A DNA stretch of 64,000 nt from an uncultured Chloroflexia bacterium (lineage in GTDB: Bacteria; Chloroflexota; Chloroflexia; QHBQ01; JADMIH01): the NCBI GenBank assembly GCA_963797095.1, contig CAWCNY010000002.1, forward strand, positions 1,216,001 to 1,280,000. The letters run 5' to 3'. The position numbers and the translations under genes were made by a program. The notes under the pieces are model-generated. The model did no database searches. It was not told the origin of the DNA and worked only from the letters and a program-made list of their open reading frames with translations. Of the stretch, positions 40,617-50,714 are shown piece after piece; position 1 is the first letter of the stretch; each line of letters starts with the position of its first letter.

Positions 40617-41609
40617 ATGGGTGATGCTATAGTTTGGTGGATTGCGCTCCAACTCATAGGTCTGGCGTCCGTGCCTATAGGCGCTGTACTGCTACGCGCC
40701 CTGCCAGATCGGGGCTACTCAGTCAGCAAGCCGCTGGGCCTGTTGCTTGTAGGCTGGCTGGCCTACACGCTTGCCATGGTGCGCGTGCTCCACTTCGACC
40801 GGATCTCTCTCACCCTTTGCTTGCTCATTGTGGCGGGCTTCTCCCTATACCTCCTCCTCCGCAATGGACGCTCACTTTTGTACGACCTGCGCGAGCACTT
40901 CTCCTCGCGCCACACACAAATCTACGTGGTGGTCTGCGAGGTCATATTCCTGATCGCTTACATTGTTTGGGCTTGGATTCGCGCTCACAATCCCGATATC
41001 CTGGATCAGGAGAAGTTCATGGACTTCGGCTTCCTGAACTCGATCTTGAAGAGCGATACGTTTCCGCCTAACGATCCGTGGCTGGCGGGATTCTCCATCA
41101 ACTACTACTATTTCGGCTACATCCTTATAGCAGGCCTCACTGCCCTCAGCGGTGTGCCAACCGAAGTAGCCTTCAACCTGGCAAATGTAACCCTGTTCTC
41201 CCTTACTGCCCTTGGCGCGTTCGGTGTGGTGCATAACCTGATTACAGGTCGCCTCCTGGCCGCTGGACGAACTGCCCGCCGCAGCCATCGTCCGGCCCCC
41301 GCCGAGCGTCCCATGCGTGATAGGCGTTATACCCCCCCGCCCCCTCCCGAACCGGAATATGTTCCCCGTAGGCGTTCTGCTCCTCCACCTCCCTCTGATC
41401 CTGAACCTGTGCCGCGTCGCCGCCGGACGGTGGCCGCCGACCGCCCGTCCTCGCGCAGACCACAGGCCACCGCTTCAGCGCCGGCCTCGCCTCTGCCCAC
41501 TCGTCGTGCCAGACCTCTGCACACCGAAGAAGGGGACAATGCCGACTTCGAAGGAGCAAGCTATACCGAATGGCTTCGTCATAACCAGGATGCACTCGGA
41601 CGGAGCTGA
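40617..41609 (+). CDS. DUF2298 (Chlor/Arch YYY) membrane protein, N-terminal part
   Basis: EKFMDFGFLNS, FPPNDPWLAG..INYYYFG. Confidence 0.8.
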   Translation: MGDAIVWWIALQLIGLASVPIGAVLLRALPDRGYSVSKPLGLLLVGWLAYTLAMVRVLHFDRISLTLCLLIVAGFSLYLLLRNGRSLLYDLREHFSSRHTQIYVVVCEVIFLIAYIVWAWIRAHNPDILDQEKFMDFGFLNSILKSDTFPPNDPWLAGFSINYYYFGYILIAGLTALSGVPTEVAFNLANVTLFSLTALGAFGVVHNLITGRLLAAGRTARRSHRPAPAERPMRDRRYTPPPPPEPEYVPRRRSAPPPPSDPEPVPRRRRTVAADRPSSRRPQATASAPASPLPTRRARPLHTEEGDNADFEGASYTEWLRHNQDALGRS

Positions 41610-44600
41610 AGAGGGCGTTGACGAGCATCTGCAAGAGCAGATCGAGCTTCAGGACGAAACTGATACCACCTCCGAAGTGCTTCATGAGAAGTCGCGTGGC
41701 AGGCGTCGTAAAGCCAGGGTAGAGGAACCGGTTGCCGAGGCCGAGGAGCCTGCCGAGGAGCCGGAACCCGAGGAACCTGAGGCAGTCGAGGAATCCGCAG
41801 AAGAAGCCGGAGAACCTGCCCAGGATGTTGATGAAGCTGATTCGGGTCAAGATGCCCAACCCGACGATGCCCAGGCCGATGACGAGCAAGAGACCGCCGG
41901 TGCAGAACCGGCATCTGACGAAGCGCCGGTTCGCCCCACCCGAAGGCGGAGGCAGGTCGCCGGTCGTGCTGCCGCCGGGGAGACCAAACCTTTGGAGGCT
42001 GTTCGCCCCGAACCGGTTCCGCCTGCGCCTCGTGCCCCCTTATCCGAAGACCCTCCTTACCTTCCGGTGGGGCCGGGTGGAGCAGAGCCGAGGGTTGTAC
42101 CCGCTTACCTCTCACCATATATCTACGCCATAATCGCCGCCCTCATGGTGGTGGCAATGGGCAACCTTACGGTGGCTTTCGCCACCAAGAGCGGGTCGTC
42201 AAACAACCAGGGGAGTCCATATACTGCCGGCAACGGCTTCACCTTCTGCTTCCTGTGTAATAAGGCCGACAGCTACAACTGGTTCGCGGCATCCCGTGTC
42301 ATATCGGACTTTGTCACCCAGCCCGATGGAAGCAAGCAAACCGTCGGCTTTGAAACTATCAACGAGTTTCCGGCGTTTTCCTTCCTGCTGGCAGATATGC
42401 ACCCGCACTTACTTGCCTTGCCTCTTGTTCTGCTTGCTATATCAGTTGGAATGGCCTTTGGCCGTAGGAGGGTGATTCGGGCCGAAGAGTGGCGCGACGG
42501 CATCCCGCCCGGTCTCGAAGCCTGGCTCTCTATTGGCCTGGCGGGCCTTATCGCAGGCTCTCTCTATACAGCCAATACCTGGGACTTCCCCACCTATACG
42601 CTTGTAATTCTGCTCTGTTTGCTCTTCCCCTATCTGGCAACCGGGCGCAGATTCAACCTGGGGGCGCGCTGGCTGCGACCATTCCTGGTACAGGCTGTCA
42701 TCCTGGGTCTGTTTGCCTTCATTACATTCCTTCCCTTCCACCTCACCTTCAAATCATTGGTGGGCGGCAACCCAGCATCGATCCCGGACAATATCGCCAA
42801 CATCCCTGTTGTGGGCTGGATCGTCAGTAAGTTGGCCGAACTGGTGCTGATCAACACGGCGGATAAGACCATACTGGGCTTTATCGTGATCTTCGGCGTT
42901 TTCCTGCTAAGCATCGTAGTGTGGATACTTTACGAATTCGCCTCTTATATGCGCCGCCGCTACGTTGCGGGGGACGATATCAACCGCAGCCTGGTCACAT
43001 GGGGTATTTTCCTGCTATTCACCTTCCTCATTGCTTTCCTTCTGAAGTTCCCGTTGCTGGCGCTTCTCCTGCCGATCATAGTCATCTCTTTCGGCTTGAT
43101 CTGGCTTGAGCCTCGGCGCACAGAGCGCAACTTCGCCCTTGTGCTGGTAGGAGTGGGTGCCCTGATCGGCCTGACGGTTGAGGTGGTGTTCCTCCGCGAC
43201 AACTTCCAGATGCGCATGAACACTCTCTTCAAGTTCTACTTCCAGATATGGATGCTGTGGGCTTTGCCTGCTGCTTACGCGCTGTGGCGCGTCCTTTACG
43301 CCGCTCTCGGCGACCGGGCAGAGGAAGCTCAGGAGCGTCGTATGGGCTACTATGTCCCGGTCAGCACCGGCAAACTGGCGGGCATGACAGGGTCATCGAT
43401 CCTGGCGGTGGTGTTTATCTTCCTGGTATTGATGGGTTCGCTCTACGTCTATTATGGGGCGGTTGCGCGCCAGGGCGTTGGCAGGGCACCTTTGCGCGGG
43501 TTGGACGGCATGGCCTACTGGCAGAATGTATCGCCCGGAGACTACGAAGCTATGAAGTGGCTTAAGGCTAACGGAAGTGGGAGCGACACTGTGTTGGAAG
43601 GCAGCGCGGTCGAGTATGATTACGCAGGTCGCATGTCGTCCTTCTCAGGCGTTCCCTCCTTGCTCTCATGGGATGTCTCGCATGAGGACTTGTGGCGTAC
43701 TAACCAGCCCGATGCTCTTGCTCAGATCAACGAACGCCGCCGCGTTATCAATTCCATTTACCAGGGCCAGGACCCGAACGGCGGCGCGCTTACCGCTGAA
43801 CGCCTGCTTGAGCTTCTGAAGCAGTATGGTGTGGACTATGTCACCGTAGGATCGGTTGAGCGCGGTCTGCGTGAAAGGGGCGAGAACCAGCGTGCAACGG
43901 AGAATGTCACACCATACTCCGAATCGCTTTTCAGCTATGCCCTCACCGAAGCATTCAGGTCGGGCGATACGATTATCTATAGCGTGGGTGATACTGTAGT
44001 GGGCAACGGCGCTATACCGCCGACGCCCAACCCGAATGAGACACCCAGCACGACCCCCCTGCCCGGCCAGCCGACCGTTGATACCAGTGCCACGCCTGTT
44101 GGCCTGTTCGCCAACACGGGGAGTGGGGCAAACCTGGGCCAGTTCAACCTGCCACGCGGTATCGCTCGCGACTCTGCGGGTAACTTCTACGTGGCCGATA
44201 CTCAGAACCTGCGCATCCAGAGATTCGACCCTCAGGGCAACTGGCTTCTCGCGTTTGGCAGCAGGGGCACAGGCGACGGCCAGTTCTCGCAGTTGAACGA
44301 TACTGGCGAGGGCACCGGGCCAGGCGGGGTCGCTGTGGACGCCGCAGGTAACGTTTATGTGGCCGACACATGGAACCACCGCATCCAGAAGTTCGACTCG
44401 AACGGCAACTTTGTGCTGGCCTGGGGTGGCTTCGTCAACCTCTCGGATGCCACCTCAGCAGCAGACCCCGATAGCGATAGCAAGTTCTACGGCCCGCGTG
44501 GGGTGGCTATTGGCCCAAGTGGCAACATCTATGTTACCGACACGGGGAACAAGCGGGTGCTCATCTTTGACTCCGACGGCAAGTTCGTGAGCAAGATCGA

Positions 44601-45036
44601 CAGCGGGGTTACACCTGAAAGATTGGCTCAGAACTATCCGTACGATCAGCCGGGTGAGATGAATGAGCCTATCGGTATCGCGGTAGACAAAGACGGCGAT
44701 GTATATGTGGCCGATACCCGCAACTTCCGTATCCAGAAGTTCGACAGCACTGGCAAGCCCGTCGCACAGTGGCCTATTCCGTCGCCGAACTGGGACCCGG
44801 GTCCATATCTTGAGCCATTCCTGGCGCTCGACGATGCGGGCAATATCTATGCTACTGCCCCCAGCGGAAAGACTGTGCTCAAGATAGACCCGACAGGCCA
44901 GATCGTGGGTGACAAGGCGGTTGCGAACAACGTCACACTACAGTTGCCGACCGGCATCTGGGCCGACCCCGACGGTACGATCTATGTGGTTGATACATAT
45001 GGCAATACGGTCTTGAACCTGGGTACGATACCTTGA
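41590..45036 (+). CDS. DUF2298 C-terminal part + NHL repeats (continues 40617-41609 after a +1 frameshift)
   Basis: TINEFPAFSFLLADMHPH, NTWDFP, RMNTLFKFYFQIW, then NHL repeats (YVADTWNHRIQKFD). Start position uncertain. Confidence 0.75.
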   Translation: MHSDGAEEGVDEHLQEQIELQDETDTTSEVLHEKSRGRRRKARVEEPVAEAEEPAEEPEPEEPEAVEESAEEAGEPAQDVDEADSGQDAQPDDAQADDEQETAGAEPASDEAPVRPTRRRRQVAGRAAAGETKPLEAVRPEPVPPAPRAPLSEDPPYLPVGPGGAEPRVVPAYLSPYIYAIIAALMVVAMGNLTVAFATKSGSSNNQGSPYTAGNGFTFCFLCNKADSYNWFAASRVISDFVTQPDGSKQTVGFETINEFPAFSFLLADMHPHLLALPLVLLAISVGMAFGRRRVIRAEEWRDGIPPGLEAWLSIGLAGLIAGSLYTANTWDFPTYTLVILLCLLFPYLATGRRFNLGARWLRPFLVQAVILGLFAFITFLPFHLTFKSLVGGNPASIPDNIANIPVVGWIVSKLAELVLINTADKTILGFIVIFGVFLLSIVVWILYEFASYMRRRYVAGDDINRSLVTWGIFLLFTFLIAFLLKFPLLALLLPIIVISFGLIWLEPRRTERNFALVLVGVGALIGLTVEVVFLRDNFQMRMNTLFKFYFQIWMLWALPAAYALWRVLYAALGDRAEEAQERRMGYYVPVSTGKLAGMTGSSILAVVFIFLVLMGSLYVYYGAVARQGVGRAPLRGLDGMAYWQNVSPGDYEAMKWLKANGSGSDTVLEGSAVEYDYAGRMSSFSGVPSLLSWDVSHEDLWRTNQPDALAQINERRRVINSIYQGQDPNGGALTAERLLELLKQYGVDYVTVGSVERGLRERGENQRATENVTPYSESLFSYALTEAFRSGDTIIYSVGDTVVGNGAIPPTPNPNETPSTTPLPGQPTVDTSATPVGLFANTGSGANLGQFNLPRGIARDSAGNFYVADTQNLRIQRFDPQGNWLLAFGSRGTGDGQFSQLNDTGEGTGPGGVAVDAAGNVYVADTWNHRIQKFDSNGNFVLAWGGFVNLSDATSAADPDSDSKFYGPRGVAIGPSGNIYVTDTGNKRVLIFDSDGKFVSKIDSGVTPERLAQNYPYDQPGEMNEPIGIAVDKDGDVYVADTRNFRIQKFDSTGKPVAQWPIPSPNWDPGPYLEPFLALDDAGNIYATAPSGKTVLKIDPTGQIVGDKAVANNVTLQLPTGIWADPDGTIYVVDTYGNTVLNLGTIP

Positions 45037-45098
45037 GCTGAGCGTTCAGTCTGGATGCCTGCGAACCTGAATTTAGTATTCGGGCGGACTGCCGTTGC

Positions 45099-45977
45099 TT
45101 ACGTTAGGGTGAGCACGGTGATCTCCGGCCTGCAAAAGAAGCGCATGGGCACCCCGACCACGCCTAAACCTCTGTTAGTGTACACAGCCATGCCATTCAC
45201 GTTGTAGAGGCCGGCGTAATACTTCCTGCCCATCGGCGGGAGGCGTGGCGGGCCGAGCAACGGCACTACTATCTGCCCTCCGTGCGAGTGCCCGGATAGT
45301 TGCAGGCTGAATCGCCCCGTTGTAGATGATACATCGGCGAAATCAGGCTCGTGTGCAAGCAGGATCGCCGTGCCGTTCTTCGGCAGTTTCTCCAGGGTTA
45401 CGCTCAAACGGGCCATGCGCTCGCGGGCCGAGTTTACCCCCGCGAGGTGCAGCACCGCACCATCCTTCCTGATGGTATACACGTCATTGTTCAGGTCGAT
45501 CATGCTCGATTCCGCGATAGTATGCCTGATCAGATCGGGGCCAAGGCCCCAGTAATCGTGGTTGCCGAGTACAGCAGCTACCCCATCCCGCGCTCTCAAG
45601 TGACTTAGTACCGGCACGATATCGGCTGGCGCTTCCGGATAGGTGTAGGTCACGAAGTCGCCCGTCACAGCTATGAGGTCTGGGTCTTCCACGTTTACCA
45701 GGCGCACGACTTCCTCTAGCCGCGAGTCCGGCATCCATTTGCCTGCATGTATGTCGCTGATCTGTACGATCCGGTAGCCCTTGAACGGCTCCGGTAGTCC
45801 ATCTATCTTGAGCGTCACGCGAGTGATCTCAACCCACTTCGGTTCCACACCTGCCGCGTATGCGAATAGACCACCCCCTGCGATCAAACTGCTTGCCATT
45901 AAGGTATCTATTGCCTTGATAATAATGTCTCTTTTGCCCGGCGCCTTGCGGGGCGCGATAAGTGCTTTTATGTTCAT
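45099..45977 (-). CDS. YkuE-like metallophosphoesterase
   Basis: SDIH, TGDF, GNHD, HEPD, SGHSHGGQ. Confidence 0.92.
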   Translation of the reverse strand: MNIKALIAPRKAPGKRDIIIKAIDTLMASSLIAGGGLFAYAAGVEPKWVEITRVTLKIDGLPEPFKGYRIVQISDIHAGKWMPDSRLEEVVRLVNVEDPDLIAVTGDFVTYTYPEAPADIVPVLSHLRARDGVAAVLGNHDYWGLGPDLIRHTIAESSMIDLNNDVYTIRKDGAVLHLAGVNSARERMARLSVTLEKLPKNGTAILLAHEPDFADVSSTTGRFSLQLSGHSHGGQIVVPLLGPPRLPPMGRKYYAGLYNVNGMAVYTNRGLGVVGVPMRFFCRPEITVLTLT

Positions 45978-46036
45978 ACGATAATTATCCTCTATGGGGC
46001 CGGGCAGGGACAATTAGCCTCCTGTATAATATCGCT

Positions 46037-46969
46037 ATGTTCAAGCACTTGAAAGGTGTGCGTGTCCATGTACCCGCCACATCGGCCAACCTGGGGCCGG
46101 GCTTCGATGTGCTTGGGCTTGCGCTCGGCCTATACAACAACTTCACCGTTAGCCCGTCAAACAGGCTGCAGATAGAAACCGTAGGCTTTGGCGATGAGGT
46201 GCCGTGTGACGAGACGAATCTGTTTTACCGGGCATTTGCTTTCCTTGTGCAGCGCATGGTCCCCAGCATCGCGATGCCCCCGGTGTATATCAAGATGGAA
46301 CTGGCTATACCACAGGGAAAAGGGTTGGGCAGCAGCGCAACGGCGGTGGTAGGCGGGTTGGTAGCAGCCACTGCAATGCTTGGTAGCCCATTGGATAAGC
46401 GTGCGTTATTGCCTCATGCTGTGGATCTTGAGCACGGCGGCCACGCGGATAACGTGGCCCCTGCCTTGCTTGGTAATCTGGTTGTGAATGCATATGATTC
46501 GACGGGTGATATGCGTATAGCGCTGGTTGTGCCGTTCCCTGATGATCTGCGTGCCGTCCTTTTGATCCCCGACTTTGCTATGGACACTGTGCAAGGCAGG
46601 GAGCTTATGCCGTCTCATTACACCAGGCAAGATGTGGTATACAATACCAGCCGCGTTGCCCTTTTATTATCTGCTCTCCAAACCCATCGCTATGACCTGT
46701 TGAGCACTGCCATGCAGGATGCGTTGCACCAGCCTTATCGTGCCAAGCTTTTCGCGGCGATGCCTGACCTGATCCGCGCGGCGCTCGATGGCGGGGCTCA
46801 CGGGGCGTGCCTATCGGGCGGGGGATCTGCTATCCTGGCGCTGGCGGAGCCGGGGATTGCCGGTCAAGTGGGTCATGCTATGTTGGAGGCCGCCCACGCC
46901 GCCGGGTTGGTGGGCGAAGTACGCGTTCTTGACGTGGACCGCGAGGGCGCTAGAGTCGAGTTGCTATGA
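46037..46969 (+). CDS. thrB: Homoserine kinase
   Basis: VPATSANLGPGFD, PQGKGLGSS, HADNV, SGGGS. Confidence 0.95.
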   Translation: MFKHLKGVRVHVPATSANLGPGFDVLGLALGLYNNFTVSPSNRLQIETVGFGDEVPCDETNLFYRAFAFLVQRMVPSIAMPPVYIKMELAIPQGKGLGSSATAVVGGLVAATAMLGSPLDKRALLPHAVDLEHGGHADNVAPALLGNLVVNAYDSTGDMRIALVVPFPDDLRAVLLIPDFAMDTVQGRELMPSHYTRQDVVYNTSRVALLLSALQTHRYDLLSTAMQDALHQPYRAKLFAAMPDLIRAALDGGAHGACLSGGGSAILALAEPGIAGQVGHAMLEAAHAAGLVGEVRVLDVDREGARVELL

Positions 46970-48270
46970 GTGCCGAGTTCCTTTGTCCGCAGTGCGGTCG
47001 CCGCTATCCTTTGTCTGAGGTTCGCTACCGCTGCGACTGTGGCGAGCCGCTTGATATTGTCTACGATTCTGTTGAGGTAGAGCCTGTTGAGGTAGAGCGT
47101 GCTACGTTCGATGCGCGTTTGGGTACGCTTCAATCGCCGTTTAGAAGCGGCGTGTGGCGGTATCGTGAGTTGCTCCCACCAATAGCCGACGAATACATAG
47201 TGAGCAAGCCTGAGGGCAACACTAACCTCTACCTTGCGGGCGCGGACGAGAGTGGCGGCTTGCGCCGCGTGGGAGAGTACGCGGGGCTGAGTTGGCTCGG
47301 CTTGAAGCACGAAGGTGAGAACCCGACTGCCAGCTTCAAGGATAGAGGCATGACCGTTGGAGTGAGCCAGGCGATGGCTCTCGATGTGAGCGCGGTGGCG
47401 TGTGCGTCTACGGGCAATACATCGGCCTCCCTGGCTTCGTATGCGGCACAGGCGGGCTTGCCTTGCTTTGTGTTCGTGCCGTCGGGCAATATCGCACCCG
47501 GCAAGCTGGCGCAAAGCCTTGCCTATGGGGCGATCACTTTGCAACTGGATGGCGATTTCGATCGTGCTATGAGCGTGGTGCAAACGGTGTGCGCGGATAT
47601 GGGCGTGTACCTGGTCAACTCGATCAACCCGTTCAGGATCGAGGGCCAGAAGACGATAGTGTTTGAGGCGTTGCAGCAGCTAGGTTGGGCGGCTCCAGAT
47701 TGGGTGGTTCTCCCGGCGGGCAATCTGGGCAACACCTCGGCGGTGGGCAAGGCTTTGTTGCAAGCACGCGACCTGGGCCTTATCGACCGCCTGCCGAGGA
47801 TTGCTTCGGTGCAGGCCGAAGGCGCCAATCCGTTTTACAGGAGCTATGCGTCAGGCTGGCGTGAGCAACCCACTGTGGAGGCCCATACGGTCGCATCGGC
47901 GATCAAGATAGGTGCGCCCGTTAGCCACTCACGCGCCCGGCGAGTGATCGAGGCTTTTGACGGAGTGGTTACCGAGGTTACTGATGAATCGATCTTGCAG
48001 GCCAAGGCGGTGATAGATGGCGCGGGCATCGGGTGCGAGCCTGCCAGCGCGGCATCCCTGGCGGGCGCTCGGAGGTTGGTGGAGGAAGGGGTGATTCGCC
48101 CGGACGAGAGGGTGCTTTGTATTCTGACAGGCCATCTGCTCAAAGATACGGATACTACTATCGCATACCACCTCGATGATGTGGAGGAGGCGCGTCCTTA
48201 TGCCAACCGCCCGATCAGCCTAGGCGGCGATATTGAGGATGTGCGCCGCGCCGTCGAGCGGTTCTTGTGA
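46966..48270 (+). CDS. thrC: Threonine synthase
   Basis: EGENPTASFKDRGM, ASTGNTS, NSINPFRIEGQKT, LTGHLLKD. Confidence 0.95.
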   Translation: MSAEFLCPQCGRRYPLSEVRYRCDCGEPLDIVYDSVEVEPVEVERATFDARLGTLQSPFRSGVWRYRELLPPIADEYIVSKPEGNTNLYLAGADESGGLRRVGEYAGLSWLGLKHEGENPTASFKDRGMTVGVSQAMALDVSAVACASTGNTSASLASYAAQAGLPCFVFVPSGNIAPGKLAQSLAYGAITLQLDGDFDRAMSVVQTVCADMGVYLVNSINPFRIEGQKTIVFEALQQLGWAAPDWVVLPAGNLGNTSAVGKALLQARDLGLIDRLPRIASVQAEGANPFYRSYASGWREQPTVEAHTVASAIKIGAPVSHSRARRVIEAFDGVVTEVTDESILQAKAVIDGAGIGCEPASAASLAGARRLVEEGVIRPDERVLCILTGHLLKDTDTTIAYHLDDVEEARPYANRPISLGGDIEDVRRAVERFL

Positions 48271-48581
48271 TGCGAAGGCAACGCGATTGGAGGCTGATAA
48301 GATCGAAGTCAGATGTGTACTTTGGTACAGCCGGTGATGCGGATTTTTGAGAGGTTGGTGCGACGGTGGTTGGTCTCGCCCTCATATACTATAAGGCATT
48401 GGTAGGACAAAACGGGACAGGTTTTGGGGTGTGCTTAAGTATGGTTTTGGGTGCGGGGTTTGAAGTTTGGAGTGCAGAGTGAATTTTCACCGCAGAGACG
48501 CAGAGGTTCGCAGAGATTGTTTGGATTTTGGTACACGAAGATACGAAGATTTGGCGAGGGGCACGAAAGGTGCCCCTACTT

Positions 48582-50631
48582 TTATTGTGTGGTGCAGGCT
48601 GGGTAGAAGGCGTTTGCTGCTATTTTGGCTATTTGCCCTCGTGTTACTGTGTTTTGGGGGCGGTAAGTTCCGTCGTCGTAGCCGCTGACTACTCCGTGTT
48701 GGGCTATTCGCTCGATGTAAAGCCAGAAGGTGCTGTTGGGTGGTACATCGGTGAAGGTTTGTTGGTCGGGCGGAATGGCTTCGCTGTACCCTGCTGCTAT
48801 GGAGGCCACCTTGGCGACCTGACCTCTTGTGAGGGTATTACCTGGGCGGAAGTAGGCACCTGGGCATGGTTCGCCTGGGCCACCGCATCGGTATCCCTCT
48901 ATTGCTCCGTGGGCATGCATCCTCTCTATGTAAAGCCAGAAGGTGCTGTTTGGGGGCACGTCGGCGAAGGTCTGCGTGCCGGGCGGGATGCTGTCGTTCC
49001 AGCCTGCCGCGTTGGCGATCACTTTGCTGGCCTGTCCCCTGGTTACCGGGTTGGCTGGGTGGTAGGTGCCGTCGCTGTAGCCCTGGATGATGCCCAGGCA
49101 AGCCAGGCATCGGACGCAGGGGTAGAAGGTCGAGCCTGGTGGTACGTCGGTGAAGGTGATGGCGCAGGGCGTGGGCGTAGGCGTTGTCACGGGTGTATGG
49201 GTGGCGCCCGGTGGGGTGGGTGGGATAGGGGTGATGATTGATGTGGAAGTCTCCGTTGCCTCTGGTGCAGGTGTAAATGTTGGAGTTGGGGATGAGGTGC
49301 CTGTTTCAGTAGGTGTGGGGGTGGGGGTGGATGTGGGGGTGGATGTTGGTGTTGACGTTAGCGTAAACATTGGTGTGGCCGATGGCGGAGGTGTGAGATT
49401 GGCAGTCGGAGTTGATGCCGGAGTGGGTGTTTGGGTCGGCGTTTGTATAGGTGTGGGCGTGTTAGTTGGTACAGGGAAGCATTCGAATTGGGGAGTGACC
49501 GTGATTGTATAGCCGCTGCAGCCGCTGTTGGGGGTGACTTCGCTGACTACCAATGTCACGTAGGTTGCTCTCCACGCCCTGAAGTTGTAGCTGCCAGTTC
49601 CGTCGATTATGTCGCCAATATCTCCTACATAAGCATCGCAGATGTTGTTAGGGTCGAATGGGCCGGGCGTGAACCTGTCGTATGCCACACTAAACAGGTT
49701 GCCTGAACAGCCGGTGGCCTCTACTCGTACATTGACGCATTGGCTGCTGAAACTGCTGTATGGAAGTGCAAAATAATAGGATTTGTAGTGCCGAGGGGTC
49801 GTATCCACCAGGCCCGGGCATGGCGGGTTGTATTGTGGGCAGGATGTGGGAGCGTGGGTCTGGTTCAAGAGGCCCACCTGGACGGGATCGTCCAGCGTAA
49901 TCGAAATCGGAGATGCTGAACTGGCAATAGGCCGGGAAGGTGGGGGTTCCGATGAAAGTGGCGGTCGGTATTGGGGTTATGGTGGGCGTGGGGGTGACGA
50001 GGCACTGCGATTGTGGGGTAAAGGTGAGTGTGAAGTCGGAGCAGCTACTGAGGGACGCTGCGGCGTCTACCACCACCGTGAGGAGTTGGCCGGGTTCGAG
50101 GCTGACGTTGTAGGAGCCGGTTGTGCTTATGACATCGCCTATGTCGGCCAGATAGCCGGAGCAGGGGTTTCCGGGGTTGAATACGGAGTAGGCGGCGCTG
50201 AAGAGGTTGCCCGCGCACGCTGTGGAGTTGAGGCGCACTGTTACACACTGGGCATTGGATGGGTTTTGGAAGGTATAGGCTTTGTACCTGTGAGGGTTGG
50301 TATCTGAGAAGCCTGGGCAGCTTCTGAGTTGGCATTCGGACGGAATGTGAGAGGAGAGGATCTGGGCGACCTGTATGGGGGCGTTGAAAGGGATCGAGTC
50401 GTGGATCACCACTTCGCAATCGAGGGAATAGGTTGGCGTGGTAGTGGGTACAGGGGTGGAGGTTTCGGTGGCATTTGGCGCATGGGAGACGGGCATGCGG
50501 GCCTGTGCGCTGATGGCTTGCGCGAGTAGCAGGCTTATCGCCAGGAGGATGGCAAGGCAAGCCAGCGTTGTCGCCAACTTTCGTAAGAACAGCTTTCTGC
50601 GTTCGGTTGGTTGAGCGTCGCGGTCTGCCAT
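48582..50631 (-). pseudogene. Secreted protein with a duplicated Cys-rich domain, P/T linker and SLH domains; frameshifted
   Basis: An extra T at about 49905 (TCC GAT T TCG ATT) separates ORFs 49690-50631 and 48582-49877; FTDVPP...TRGQ SLH repeats. Confidence 0.75.
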
Positions 50632-50714
50632 TGTGCCTCCCTCACTTGTATATTATGCCGTAGTGGGGGATATAATGAGTCGGACACTTTTTCATACAAA
50701 AGCGTGTGGTGTTT

